A stretch of DNA of 64,000 bases from Sphyrna mokarran (taxonomy: Eukaryota), in assembly GCA_024679065.1 (NCBI GenBank), contig JAGIQG010000040.1, positions 8,990,001-9,054,000 of the forward strand, in the 5' to 3' direction. Below the pieces are notes generated by a model. That model saw nothing but the letters and a program-made list of their open reading frames with translations. It was not told the DNA's origin and ran no database searches. The position numbers and the translations under genes were made by a program. Positions within the stretch are counted from its first letter, which is position 1, and each line of letters starts with the position of its first letter. Shown here piece by piece: positions 51,907-64,000 of this stretch.

Positions 51907-52799
51907 TCTCAGTGTGCAGTAATGAGTCTCTTCGTGCTGTTCGCAGTCCCTTTGTCTTAAACTGTGAGGTTTTCCATTCCGAAAGACTTTAATTTATACA
52001 CTGTAGAATCACCTGAGGGACATTGAGGTGGAGCAATGGTTTGATTTTTTTAAATATATGAACGAACAGATTACAACATTTAGTTCAGTGATGGAAAATA
52101 ATTATTCGTTAACTGGCTGACCTCGTTTAAAACACTGGATTCTATTGATTACATTTCTCAATGAACAATAAGTGGAAAGACACTGTCTACTCAAACGCCA
52201 TCAGGTCCATCTCTAGATCACAGTTTGATACAGTGATATCTGGACTGTGACCATTCAGTAACTAAGTTGCAACTGTTACCAAGTCTCTCTCTGGGTAATG
52301 TTCAACTCTGGATATTCAGTTTAATGGCTTAAGTGGGTTATGGGTGACCCTAAATTCCAAAATTCTACTAATCAATAATCTGGAAATACTAAAGTGAAAG
52401 GAGAATTATTTTACTCCCAAATCTAATGCAGCTGCTCATACTGAGAAAATATTAAGGAACAACGGGACATCACAAAAAATTGACACACTGCAACAGATAC
52501 AAACACATGACCTCAAAGTAAAAAAAAACAGATTTTACTGTGGCAAGTAACGCACAGACACCAGTTGACCCTTGCTCCAACTCCTATCCACAACTTACAC
52601 AGGAAGAGAACTGGGTGAGGATTATGAAGGGGATAGAACTGAGAGAAGAAGACTCTGAGAGATGGAAGCGAAAACGAGGAAGATAGAGAGAAATATATAA
52701 GGAGAGGGAGTGTGGGAGAGATTCTGGGGTGAATAGATATTGTAAGAGGAATGGTGTTTATATAAGTATCTTAAACTTGAGAGAATTCAGCTCCATCTT

Positions 52800-53550
52800 A
52801 AGTAGAACATGCGACGCAATAGAGACTTTTCGGCCTTCTTAGATGTGCCGAGCGATGTCCAAACTCACGATCAAGCTACCCCACTCCCTATCATTCTGGA
52901 GTGCTTCATATGCCTGTCCAATAACCGCTTGGAAGTTCCTAAAGTGTCCAATTGCACTATCACAGCAGACTGTGCATCCACACCCCAACCACTCTCTGAG
53001 TAAAGAATCTACCTCGGACATCACTCCTGTATCCCCCACCATGAACTTTATAGTTATGACCCCTAGTAATAGCTACATCCACCCGAGGAAATAGTCCCTG
53101 CACGTGCACTTCATCTATTCCCCTCATCATCTTACAAACTTCTACTACGTTGCCTCTCATCATCCTCCGCTCTAAAGTGAAATACTCCAGCTCCTTCAAA
53201 CTTTCCTCATAAGATTTACCCTCCAAACCAGGCAGCATCTTGTTAAATCTCCTCTGCACTCTCTCCAATGCTTCCACATCCTTCTAATAATGAGGTGACT
53301 AGAACTGCACGCAATATTCCAAATATGGCCTCACCAAGGTCCTGTATAACTGTAGCATAACCGCATGACTCTTAAACTCAAACTCCCTGTTAATAAACGT
53401 TAATACACTATAAGCCTTCTTCACGGCTCTATCCACTTGAGTGGCAATCTTCAGAGATCTGTGGATATGAAGCCCAAGATTTCTCTGTTCTTCCAGGTTC
53501 CTCAGGATCTTGCCGTTGACCCTGTGAATCCGCATTCAAGTGTGGCCTAC
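52800..53550 (-). mobile_element. CR1 3' fragment
   Basis: ORFs 52960-53277 and 53299-53535 match the CR1 RT C-terminus. Confidence 0.85.
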
Positions 53551-54639
53551 CAAAATGAATTGGTGCGATGCTCACGTTAAATAAATGAGCTGCTGTATTG
53601 TGTCCTGTTCTGGGACACACAAATAGACATGATGTGAAGAAGTTGGTGTGAGAAATGGAGGAGAAGGTCCTACAGGAAATGGCAACTGGGATGAGGGCGA
53701 AGGAGAGAGTGATGAGTGAAGAGGAAGTAAGATGTCGACGAATACAGATGAGGTGAGTGAGAGACACAATTTAAATCAGAGAGGACCGTATAAGGGTTGA
53801 CAGGGTGAGAGACACAGGGATGCGTGGAGAGAAAATTAAAAAAAAAACTGATGGAGTGAGAGAAAGGGAGAGAGGAGGCAAGGGACAGAGAGACGAGGTG
53901 AATGAAACAGACACCAGATAATGGAGGGAAAGCTGGAGCAGACGCCGGGCAGAGAGAGAGAGAGAGAGAGAGAGCAGTCAGGCCAATGGAGGGAGAACGA
54001 TGTAAGGGAGGTGGAACAGGACCATGGAGAGAGAGAGAGATGCAACAAAGGAGAAGGGACAGGACGATAGAAGTAGAGATGGCATGAAGGAATAGGTACA
54101 TGGCGATGGAGGGAGAGATTGAGTGAAAGAGGAACAAAGAACAAAAAAAAAACAGCACGGGAAACAGGCCCTTCGGCCCAACGACCCCGCGCCGCCACCT
54201 CGATATTCCCACTTCTACACGCGATCCCTGTCCATGTTTATAATCTATGGATTAAAAACCAAATTTGAGACAATTTAGGGAGAATTTGTTTTGCCAATTA
54301 GCCTAAGAGCACATCTTTGGGATGTGGGAGGAAACCGGAGCTCCCAGAGAAAACCCACGCAAGCACGGGGAGAATGCGCAAACTCCCACAGACGCAGGCC
54401 CAAATCCATGTATCTGCACAGCACAGCGATAGTCACTGCGCTGTCGTGTTGCCCATCAGATGGTCCAGGTCAAGCGTACACTAACGATGTGAAGCACTAG
54501 GATACTCTCGAAAAAGGTCCAAGAGCAGTCCTCTCACGACCCATCGCATGTATGCCCCTTGTTAGGCAACAAGGTGGACCAAAGCACCTGTTTTGTTTCC
54601 CAGGAGGCCTGGGAAAAGGATTTGGTGGATGATGGATCT

Positions 54640-55520
54640 GGGAAAAGGTGTGTAAATAGTTTGAGACATGTTGAGATCAAAAACGAGGAGATATTGCCGT
54701 TCGTGAGAAACAGTAAGACAGACAAGTTCCGAGAACCTGATTGGATACCCCAAAAATACTGAGAGAGGCCAGGGAAGAAAATGCTGGGGCCTTGAGATAA
54801 ATGTTTGATTTCTCAGTCGTTGAAGTAGAGGTCCCAGATGATTGGAGAAAAGCCAAAAGGATTCCTTTGTTTAAGATAGATATCCAGAATAAACCAGCTA
54901 ATTACAGGCCAGTGATGCTTACATCAGTGGGAGGGGAATTATCAGAGAGAATTCTTGTGACAGGATTCCGTCCATTCGGAAATAAATAGACTTATTAACG
55001 ACAGGTAACATGGATTTGTGAAGGGGAGATCACACCTCACTAACATGATCGAGTTTTATCGAGGAAGAGGCAAAGATGATTGATGGGGATAGGGCAGTGG
55101 ATGCTGTCTGCATTGACTTCAGTAAGACTTTTGACAAGGTCCCTCATGGCAGATTGCTGCAGAAGGTGAATTCACATGGGATCAGAGGTGAGCTTGCAAG
55201 GTGGATATTGAACTGGTTCAATCCTAGAACACATAAGGTAGCAATCGAAGGATGTGCCTCTAAAAGGCCGTGACAAGTAGCTTTCCTCAGGGATCAGTGA
55301 TTTTCATGATATATATAAATGATTTGGGGAAAAACTGGTTTGTTTAGTAAGTTTGCGGATGACACAAAAGTTTGGTAGATTTGTGGATACTGATGAGAAC
55401 CATCAGTGGATACAGCAAAATATAGATCAATTGGAGGCTTGTGTGGAGAGATGGCAAATGGATTTTAATCCGGACACATGTGGGGTGATGTAATTTGAAA
55501 CGTCTAACAAAAACTGGAAA
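54640..55520 (+). mobile_element. Old CR1 RT fragment
   Basis: 'PANYRPVMLTSV', 'DFSKTFDKVPH', 'FADDTK'. Confidence 0.8.
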
Positions 55521-57479
55521 TACACCATTCTCGTCATAATTTGAAAATTTGTAATCGGTGATGTGTTTACGTGAAATATGATTGAAGGAGAAATTATTAA
55601 GCAGTTTACAAGGTTTTTGATATGACACGTCGACACTACAAACAGAATTAAATGGGTTTTTAAACCATGATAATTAGGAAATGAAACAAATGCTTTACAC
55701 ATATGTGGATATAATAAGATAATTAAATAAATAATAATGGTTAAAAACATATATGCTCATATTTTAAATGTATTTTATGCATTGACTGAATTGTTGTTCA
55801 ATTCAGCCAAAAGCAAGTCATTGCAAGATGTGATGGTAAAGTCGAAGAATTGTGAGCCTATGGCCTGGGAACCTTAGTAGTTATTAGAATTAATATCTGA
55901 AAGTTTCTGGTGAGGGATACATTTTTCAAATTTATGAATGGGGACATTCAGTGTTTAGATATAGAAAGGATACTTACCGGGACTCAGGGTAATGTGCCTA
56001 TCCAGTTTTGGCAATGAACCAGCGGGAATTTTCACTTTGACCTCTCTATCAACGTCCTTAGCTCACGGCAACAGGGAAGTGAGTTCAGCCAAGATGGAAT
56101 CAGCATTGAAATTAAATGGGCGAATGCGATATCATTATGTATTGAACTAAAATGCGATCGAAACTTATCAGGAATTATTATTGTTGTTTGTTTATTGAAT
56201 GTAATTGATTTTAAACTAATATGAAGTGGGAATGATCGTAAGAAAATCTGTAATTGATCTGTTATTGATTGCACATGTGAGATTCATTGGAAAGTTTCTA
56301 CTGCTCTGTTCCAGGGCTACATTATCTTTTGGTGATCCCCGAATATCTGTGAGTTTTGTTTTTGTTTTCAACAAGTGTTGCATCCTTAAGTATCTGTCTC
56401 GTGAGTTTTATATTCGCTGCAGTTAAAGACAGCATTGGTCATCACAAATTATTCCACAACACTTAGTTAAAATTTGGAAACTTGGAATCAACGATATGCA
56501 AATGTGAAATACACCTCAGTCTCTTGGTGTCACCTCATATTCAGCATCTCTGCTCTATATGTGTCTCGTTTGTAGTTTATCTGCCTTGGAAGTATTTAAT
56601 CGGAAGATATATGGAGACACTCACTCTGTCAACCCACACTGCAGCCACACTGGCAGTGTTTTTAAAGGGGAGTGTAAAGTGAACTATCTTCTGACTACAA
56701 TGTCCTGCATCGGCCTCTAATGAAGCAGAACCTTTGTTGTTTAGAATTACCTGAAACTCCGTCAAGGACAGACTAGTTTATGAATGAAATCACTGAGGTG
56801 TCCTCATTCTTCATTCATTCTGTCTGTGGATTTTATCATAAAAAGGTAGAGATGAAGTTGTATTTACGCAGATTGGTCACTGAGGGACGCAGTGATTCTT
56901 TCACGAAAGGGCCCACACATCCCACACATGACTGGGGGACATGCCAGTCTGAGAAAGAGGGGAAACCTTATTATAGGGAAAATTGAATAGAGTGGATAGG
57001 TTTTGGAGATCGGAATGAAATCAAGCCAGAGATAGTTAAATTTCTATTCAAAATTTATTTAAAAATTCAGAGAACATTTTACAGTGAAATTATTCTTTAA
57101 GTTAGAAAAGTGATCATAGCAATCGAGCTTCACATTGAGAACAGAGAATCCGTCAATATTTATACATCTGTTATATACACCAGAAAGTGAAAACAGGACC
57201 TTAGTAGAAAGAGGAATGAACAAATGTGAATAATGAACGAGAAAACAATTCGTTTCCATACATGAAATTTGAACTACAGAGAAACTATTAATCACAATTA
57301 TATTTTAACAAAAAAAAAGTTTCGTGTTTTCCACACCGGAAACTGAAATAACGTCTATGATTGCCTCAGTCACAGATTCAGCATGATAAACTGAGAGAAT
57401 AGAATAACCGAGAGCAGATGTTGCATTTAAGTCATAGAGAGATCTTGATAATCAGCCCAGAGTCAAAAAATTCAACACA

Positions 57480-57488
57480 TCACTTGAT
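57480..57488 (-). CDS. IGHM: IgM TM2 exon (IK-stop)
   Basis: TTTCTTTTACAG|ATC AAG TGA, 140 nt after TM1. Confidence 0.75.
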   Translation of the reverse strand: MK

Positions 57489-57628
57489 CTGTAAAAGAAA
57501 GATACAATAATGAAACAGATGTTTCTGATGCCGGAGATTAATGTTAGAGATTTTAATCAGTGAAATATGGAGAGATTTTTCAAATCCATTCTGCCAGTTT
57601 GAAATGTGAGTGAATTGAATCATCTCAC

Positions 57629-57756
57629 CTTCACCAGAGTGACTGCAGTGCTGTAGAAAATGCTCAGGAAGAACAGGATGATGAATGTGGAGGCTGTTGT
57701 CCAGATGTTCCTGTTATCATCCTCATTGCCTTCAATCCAAATGCAATCGGTGGTGT
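57629..57756 (-). CDS. IGHM: IgM TM1 exon
   Basis: CCCTAG|..[42 protein letters not shown]|GTGAG, with the conserved CART motif. Confidence 0.95.
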
Positions 57757-58299
57757 CTAGGGGATGGAGACCAGGAAACGAAATTAGATTACTTTATTTA
57801 TCCAGATAATCTTATTGTTATTTTTTCTTTCCCCGTCCTTCTTCATAAGCTGTTAATTTATTCTCTTGTATAATTTCAATGTATATCTAATGTTAAATTC
57901 AGAACACTCAGTAACCGATCGCCGTAATTATTTTCAACTTGATCTTTATGCACATTCATTGGACGGTCCATGTCAGAAAGCACTGAAGATGTTTTCTTGA
58001 GTGTTAGTTCATTTTTGATCAATTTGGCACTATCCCTTATTGAAGAATGTTATGACTGATATCGAAGAACGTTCACTGATCAATGATTGTTTTCACAGAT
58101 GGTGAATGCTGCTGTTTAAGAGCTGGGATGTAATTTCTGATCTTTTCTTATTTGTGGTGGTAATAGTTCGAAGATCACTAGCTTATTTTAGTTTTTCCAC
58201 ATATTTTTGTTGCAATGTACGTTGGGCAAGTTATCGGTAGATATTTCCATTAAAATTCATGTTTGCATTTTATTTTCATCGTTTATCTACTATTTGTAT

Positions 58300-59603
58300 T
58301 TAAGATTTTCCATTTGTGTGTGCGCATGATCATCTCGTGTTCTGCATTAATCTTTGGCTCTGAGTACAAGAGCATTAATGTACGCGTTCATTTGCCTGTG
58401 TTTGTTGATTTGTGCAGCTGTGTGTCTGCATCGATGTGTATATTTTATTCTTCTGTTAGTGTGTATGTAATGGCTCTATTATTGTGTTATGTTTATGTAT
58501 ATGTATTAATGCTACTCTTAACGGGTGCACATATATTTATGCCCATTGCTATGCGTTAATTTCTGTCCTTCCAGTAACGTTGGTTTCTCTTTCTGTCTGC
58601 GTCTGTCTCACCATGTATCTTTGTGTGTACCTGTTAACATGTATTTTTATAACGTGTTGATAGTTCTTTACAATGTCTTGATGTTATTGTTTCGATATGT
58701 CGTAATATGTGCTATGCTGTTATGTGCGGTATGAGCATGAGAATGTTTGTGTGAAATTGCTTTGCTGTCAGTTCATCTATATGCAGTCTGCTTATTTGTT
58801 TATTTGCATTTCCATATAGGTTTGTTAATATGTGTAACATTGTATGCCTCTATATCCGTATTCCTGTCAGCGTGAATATATGCTACTTATTTTGAGTGTA
58901 TGTGTGTGTTTGCGTATTTAGGTGGGTCTGCATGCATGTGTATCTGTCAGTGTCGTGTCTATGCCATGTATGTGTTTGCGCTTGGGTCTGTGTGTACCGA
59001 CTCACATAAGTGTATGTGCTTGTGTGATTTATGTGTATATGTGTGTGCGTGTTTGTACATATTTGATTGTGCGCGAATATTCGATTAGTGCCTGTTTCTA
59101 CAAGCGCGAGTCTATATATTCCTGGGTGTGTGTGTGTGTGGAAAGAGAGAGAGAGAGAGAATATGTGTGTCTGCGTGCCGATGTTTATTTTTGTGTGGGT
59201 GTATTTGTGCATGGGTGATAATTTTTGTGTGGGCGTATTTGTGTCTATTTGTGTTATTGTGTGTTCTTATTCATGTATGTGTTGTCCATGAGAGCATTTG
59301 TGTGCGCATTCATATTTCTCTGCATTTGTGTTCGTTTTTGCAAGTATTGCATACATTTATATTGTGTGAAATTGTATCGTTGTGTATGCATGCATCTGTG
59401 TGGTTTTGTGCGTGTGTACGTGTTGTGCATTTGTATGTTTATGTGCATGTACTTGAATGCACCTTTTCGTATTTCTGTACGCAGTTTTGTGTGTGCGTAT
59501 TTGAATGTGTCTTTCTGTATTTGTGTTCATATTTGTGAGTATGTGTACTTGTGCATGGATTTATGCATTTGTGTCGATGTGTGTGTGTGTATATGCGTGG
59601 GTG
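58300..59603. repeat. TG-rich low-complexity tract in the Cmu4-TM1 intron
   Basis: Direct observation. Confidence 0.8.
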
Positions 59604-59845
59604 NNNNNNNNNNNNNNNNNNNNNNNNNNNNNNNNNNNNNNNNNNNNNNNNNNNNNNNNNNNNNNNNNNNNNNNNNNNNNNNNNNNNNNNNNNNNNNNNN
59701 NNNNNNNNNNNNNNNNNNNNNNNNNNNNNNNNNNNNTTATAATGGTGGCAGTTTTGTGCAGTATTGTCAGTGTGTGGATTTTCTAACAGTTGCTTCAATT
59801 TTCACCGGCAATCATTAACTTAATATCATCCAGTCAATACGAATA

Positions 59846-60200
59846 ATAGAACATAGAACATAGAACATTACAGCGCAAAACAGGCCCTTCGGCCTTCGAT
59901 GTTGCGCCGACCAATTCTAAAAAAAAAAGCAATGACCCTCCAAACTAAACCATTCCCTCCTCTTCCATAAACTTATCAACTAACCTCTTAAACGCCACCA
60001 AACTTGGCGCATATACAACTGCCGGTGGCAGGGCATTCCACTCCCGAACCAACCTCTGGGTAAAGAACCTACCTCTGATATCTGTCCTATAACTATCACC
60101 CTTTAATTTAAAGCTATGTCCCCTCGTGCTAGCTTTCTCCATCCTAGGAAAAAGACTATCACTGTCCACCCTATCTAAACCCCTTATATGTTTAAACATC
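59846..60200 (-). mobile_element. CR1 3' end
   Basis: ORF 59945-60199 and (CATAGAA)n tail. Confidence 0.9.
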
Positions 60201-61220
60201 TTATATGTCTAAACATCTTATGTGTTTCAATACGGTTATGGAGCACATTTTCAATGTGTTGGTGTATAAATTTATTTTGTGTTAGTAACAAGATGATATC
60301 AGGAGATAGAATAAAATAATTCATTGATGCATCTCAGAAATCTTATTGACAGAACACTGAAAACCGTGGAGGATTCTATTTAAATTTATTTAAATAGATT
60401 TACTATTTAAATTTGTATTATGGGAAATCAATCCCAGCACATGGAAAAAAAAAGTTGGAACATGTTTAAATTGAGTTGCATAAGTATATATGTATTACAA
60501 TGATGAAGATAATGATATTTAAATACCTGCAGTGAGTAAACTAAAAGCTTATTTGTATTGCTGGATCTTTATAATAGAGAGCCGTTCCCTTCCAAACACG
60601 CTACTTGGGGAGAGGGAAGAAAGTTAGCTCAGTGTTTACCTGTCTCTATCCGGTAATGCAATGTCTCTGATGGTTCTAACCACTGAGGAGATGGAGGTGC
60701 AGTGGATTAACTAATGGCAATCCTCCTCTTTTCATTGAAGAAATTGTGGTACATGGGGGTTAGCTAGTGCTCCTCTCCTCTCTTTGTTGGGTGAGTGGGA
60801 ATCCAGTATGTTAACAATTTCACTCTCCCTTTTTCTGATGGGAGAATTGTTCGTCCATGTTGCTGTGTGACAATCACTTCAGTTCCCATTAGGTGTGGTG
60901 TAGCAGCAGAAAACTGTCATCAATGGATAATGGAAGCAGGGACTCAAGAAATATACATGTTGTGTTTGTCACGAATGTTGAAATTGTCGGATTTTTCAAT
61001 AGCGGGAGTAAATTCAGCGAAGTTACTTTGCCGAATCCTGCATGAATGTGCTCTGATGCAGGGTATATCTGTGCTAGGTGCAATAGTTCAACAAGATTTG
61101 GGCCCGAAACCCTAAAATATCTGACCCAAAACAAAGATATATAATGGAAATAAAACTGAAAGAAAAACAATTAAACAAATGGGTATTTCATTTATCGTTA
61201 ACGGGGAAATGATTTTAGTT

Positions 61221-61226
61221 TTTATT
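61221..61226 (-). terminator. Secretory-form poly(A) signal AATAAA
   Basis: 27 nt downstream of the secretory stop codon. Confidence 0.75.
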
Positions 61227-61253
61227 GAAGTTTTTGATGTAAGTGAGTGATTC

Positions 61254-61645
61254 TCATTGACATGAATTAACGGTGTCCATGAATGCAAGCGAAATGTTCA
61301 CAAAACTGGGTTTACCGCTGGATTTGTCAACTGTTCTGTTGATGATTTTCCAGGGGATGGCTTCATGTCCCACCACACAGGAGTAAGAAGCGCCGCTGGA
61401 CCATTCCTCTGCTGCAATGGATAACAGGCTGTACATGAAGAAGGAGTTATTGCCGTTCTCCGCCATCACCTCGGTGTTCCTGTAGTTCCCGGGATTCACC
61501 GGCTTGTCGTTGACAGTCCACTTGACGAAGATCTCTCGCGAGGAGAAACCTCTCACTAAGCAGCTGAGGGAGACGAATCTCTGAGCGGAGACTTCTTCTG
61601 CCGAGGGCAGGAGGACAGAGACGAACGGTTCACGTGGATTTGGAT
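61254..61645 (-). CDS. IGHM: IgM Cmu4 exon + secretory tailpiece
   Basis: [57 protein letters not shown]|[20 protein letters not shown]. Internal donor G|GTAAA at 61316/61315 for the TM splice; NIS glycan site and penultimate Cys present. Confidence 0.97.
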
Positions 61646-62151
61646 CTGCAGAAAATGTACAATAAATGTCAATAAACTGGAGAATTTATGAGACGATGAA
61701 ACTGCTGGCTGGATATCAGAAAAAAATGTGCTTCACTTTCGATTTTACTTTTCCATCTTTGACGTTCAGCTTGGAGGAGAGGTGAACACAATCGTTTCCT
61801 CAAATTACTCAGGGGGTTGGAGTGGAAAGTTTCAGAAAGCTTACACACAAAATAAGTGTTCGACCCAAAAGATCTGTTCTTTTTATCTTTTAGTTTTCTG
61901 GTTTTTATGCTCCACATCAGGCTCCTGCCTCCTTGTTCAATCTCAAACCAGTAACATCACCTTCAGTTCACTTGTCATTCATTAACTCATCAAATTTTCC
62001 CGTTAAAATATCTAAAGATCCAGAGTCCTTTAGTTCGTAGAATTACCATTCAGAGGAGACCATTAATGCACTGAATACTAAACATTAACAAGTGCACTTA
62101 AACTGGAGAGAGACACTGTGACACATTTATTGTTTCAATCTCGCAGCTCAC

Positions 62152-62460
62152 CTGTTTCCTTGTGGATGGATTTTCTTAAAGGAGTCGGCAGATCCTGATG
62201 GCTCACCACGCACTCAAACACAGCCCCACTCAGCCAGGCTTGTGTCGAGATGTTTAATTTGCTGATCAGGCTGTCAGGATCCGTTCCTGGCTTTTCGGCA
62301 ATCTCTGATTTCAGATACTTCCGATCTCGGATCCAGGACATGTTAACTCCATAAGGAGCATTGGAAATGATGCAGGTTAAAGTCACGGTCGCCTCCAGTA
62401 AGACCTGCTCTATTGGTGGTGCCTGTATCGTCACTGTGGAATCATGGCACTGGGGAGGAT
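62152..62460 (-). CDS. IGHM: IgM Cmu3 exon
   Basis: [64 protein letters not shown], with AG/GTGAG boundaries. Confidence 0.95.
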
Positions 62461-62899
62461 CTGTGAATGACAAATGAAAATCAACCCAAGTTCCCTCTTC
62501 CGAAGCATGTCTGTATCTGGCCTGGAATGCACATGACTCCAGATCCACAGAAACGTCTGTGCCCTCAGGGATAAGAAACAAATGCACATTCCATGAAGGA
62601 ATAGCAAAAACTACTGTTGTAATGTAATTTTGAATGGAGCACTGTCCTAATGCAGCAAACCATATGGCAGTAAATTAGAAGTTCTTCTGTGCTTTGTACT
62701 AATTTCAACAGATCATAATTTCAATTAAGATCAGAATGATACATTTTATTTTACACTTCACATCAGTATTCATAGGGAAGAGTGACACATAGAACATGCT
62801 ACAGCACAAACAGGCCCTTCGGCCCACAAGTTGTGCCGACCATATCTCAACCAACTAGGCTATAGAACATAGAAAACTACAGCACAAACAGGCGATTGC

Positions 62900-64000
62900 T
62901 AGTGTCTCGGAGGGATGTGTAGACCTGTTAGAACAAATCACAATTATAAGAGAGAAAGTGTTAGATGTTTTAGCAATCGTTAACATAGACAAATCTACAG
63001 GGCAAGACGGCATTTGTCTTAGATTATGAGGGAGACAAGAGATGAAATTGCTGGGCTTCTAACAGAAATATTTGATTCTTCATTGAACACAGGTGGGATC
63101 CCAGGGGATTGGAAGATAGCAAATGTGGTCCCATTATTTAAGAAGGATAGCAAGGATAATTCAGGTAATTATACGCTGGTGAGTTTGATGTCTACGATAG
63201 AGAAATTTTGGAGGAGATTCTTAGGGATAGGATCTATACGTGTTTAGAACTGAATAGTGTCATTAGTGATACACAACATGATGTTGTACGAGGGAGGCCA
63301 TGCCTCACAAATTTGGTAGAGTTTTTTGAGGAGATGACAAAAAAGATTGAAGAGGGAAGGGCCATGTATATCGACTACATGATTTGAAGCAAATAATTGG
63401 ATAAGGTTCCTCATTCCTGATGCAAAAGATTGAATCTCATGGGATCAAAGCTGAACGAACAAGATGGATACAGAACTGGTTTGGCCATAAACCCAGAGGG
63501 TAGCAGTGGAGGTATCATTTTCTGGTTGAAGTTTGGTGATTAGCGTTGTTGTACAGGGCTCTGTACTGAGGCTTCTGCTGTTTGTGATACGATTTAGAAG
63601 AAGATGTAGCTGTTCTGATTTGTAAGTTTGGATGACACAAAGATTGCTGGAGTTGTGGATAGTGATAAACATTGTCAGAGATAGACATATCTTTGAAATG
63701 TTCATCACTATCCGCATCATATGCAGAATATAGATATGCTGGAAAATTGGGCGGAGAAGTGGCAGATGGAATTTAATCCAGAAGAATGAGAAGTAGTGTA
63801 CTTTTGCAGATTTAATGAAGGGGAGCTATACAATAAATGGCAGAACCATCAGGAGTAAAGGGACGCAGAGGGATCTGAGTGTGCAAACTCGCAGATCCTT
63901 AAAGGTGGCAACACAGCTGGAAAAGGCAGTGAAGAAGGCATATGGCATGCTTGTCTTATTGGATGGGACATAAAGTATAAAAGTAAGCATACAATGTTGC
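62900..64000 (+). mobile_element. Old CR1 ORF2 fragment in the Cmu2-Cmu3 intron
   Basis: 'DWKIANVVPLFKK', 'CLTNLVEFFEE', 'KKAYGML'. Confidence 0.85.

Noticed and set aside
35420-59603. Homology between the + CA-rich tract and the - CA-rich tract in the Cmu4-TM intron
   Set aside because: Only compositional similarity; no alignable unique sequence seen by eye.

Overview
Eukaryotic genomic DNA from a cartilaginous fish, most likely a shark. The evidence is shark-type IgM sequence, elasmobranch-type CR1 LINEs and SINEs; there are three N gaps (1422-2331, 39137-39236, 59604-59736). The window is part of an immunoglobulin heavy-chain multi-cluster region. (1) An apparently intact, unrearranged L-VH-D1-D2-JH IgM-type minilocus on + (28695-30412) with all six RSSs in 23 | 12/22 | 12/12 | 23 layout. 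(2) The 3' half of an IgM constant gene on - (Cmu3, Cmu4+secretory tail, TM1, TM2; 62460->57480), pointing towards the VDDJ. (3) No Cmu exons on + downstream of that J. (4) A decayed VH pseudogene at ~22.1-22.8 kb with a paralogous upstream flank. (5) Very decayed Ig C1-type exon relics at 0.1-3.2 kb (low confidence). (6) An intact two-exon GPR139/GPR142-like 7TM receptor gene on - (51906->44846) between the two Ig units. (7) A relic tRNA Val-Glu-Val cluster with all B-boxes damaged. (8) Many CR1 LINEs, a Penelope-like element, a solo LTR, an RTE fragment, SINEs and minisatellites. Most ORFs in the supplied track are spurious or transposon-derived. I found no system I can call new with confidence. 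The best leads are the orphan/convergent Ig arrangement (possibly a mis-oriented contig), convergent CTCF-like motifs bracketing the VDDJ unit, and the GPCR embedded between Ig clusters with a CCAAT array after its stop codon.
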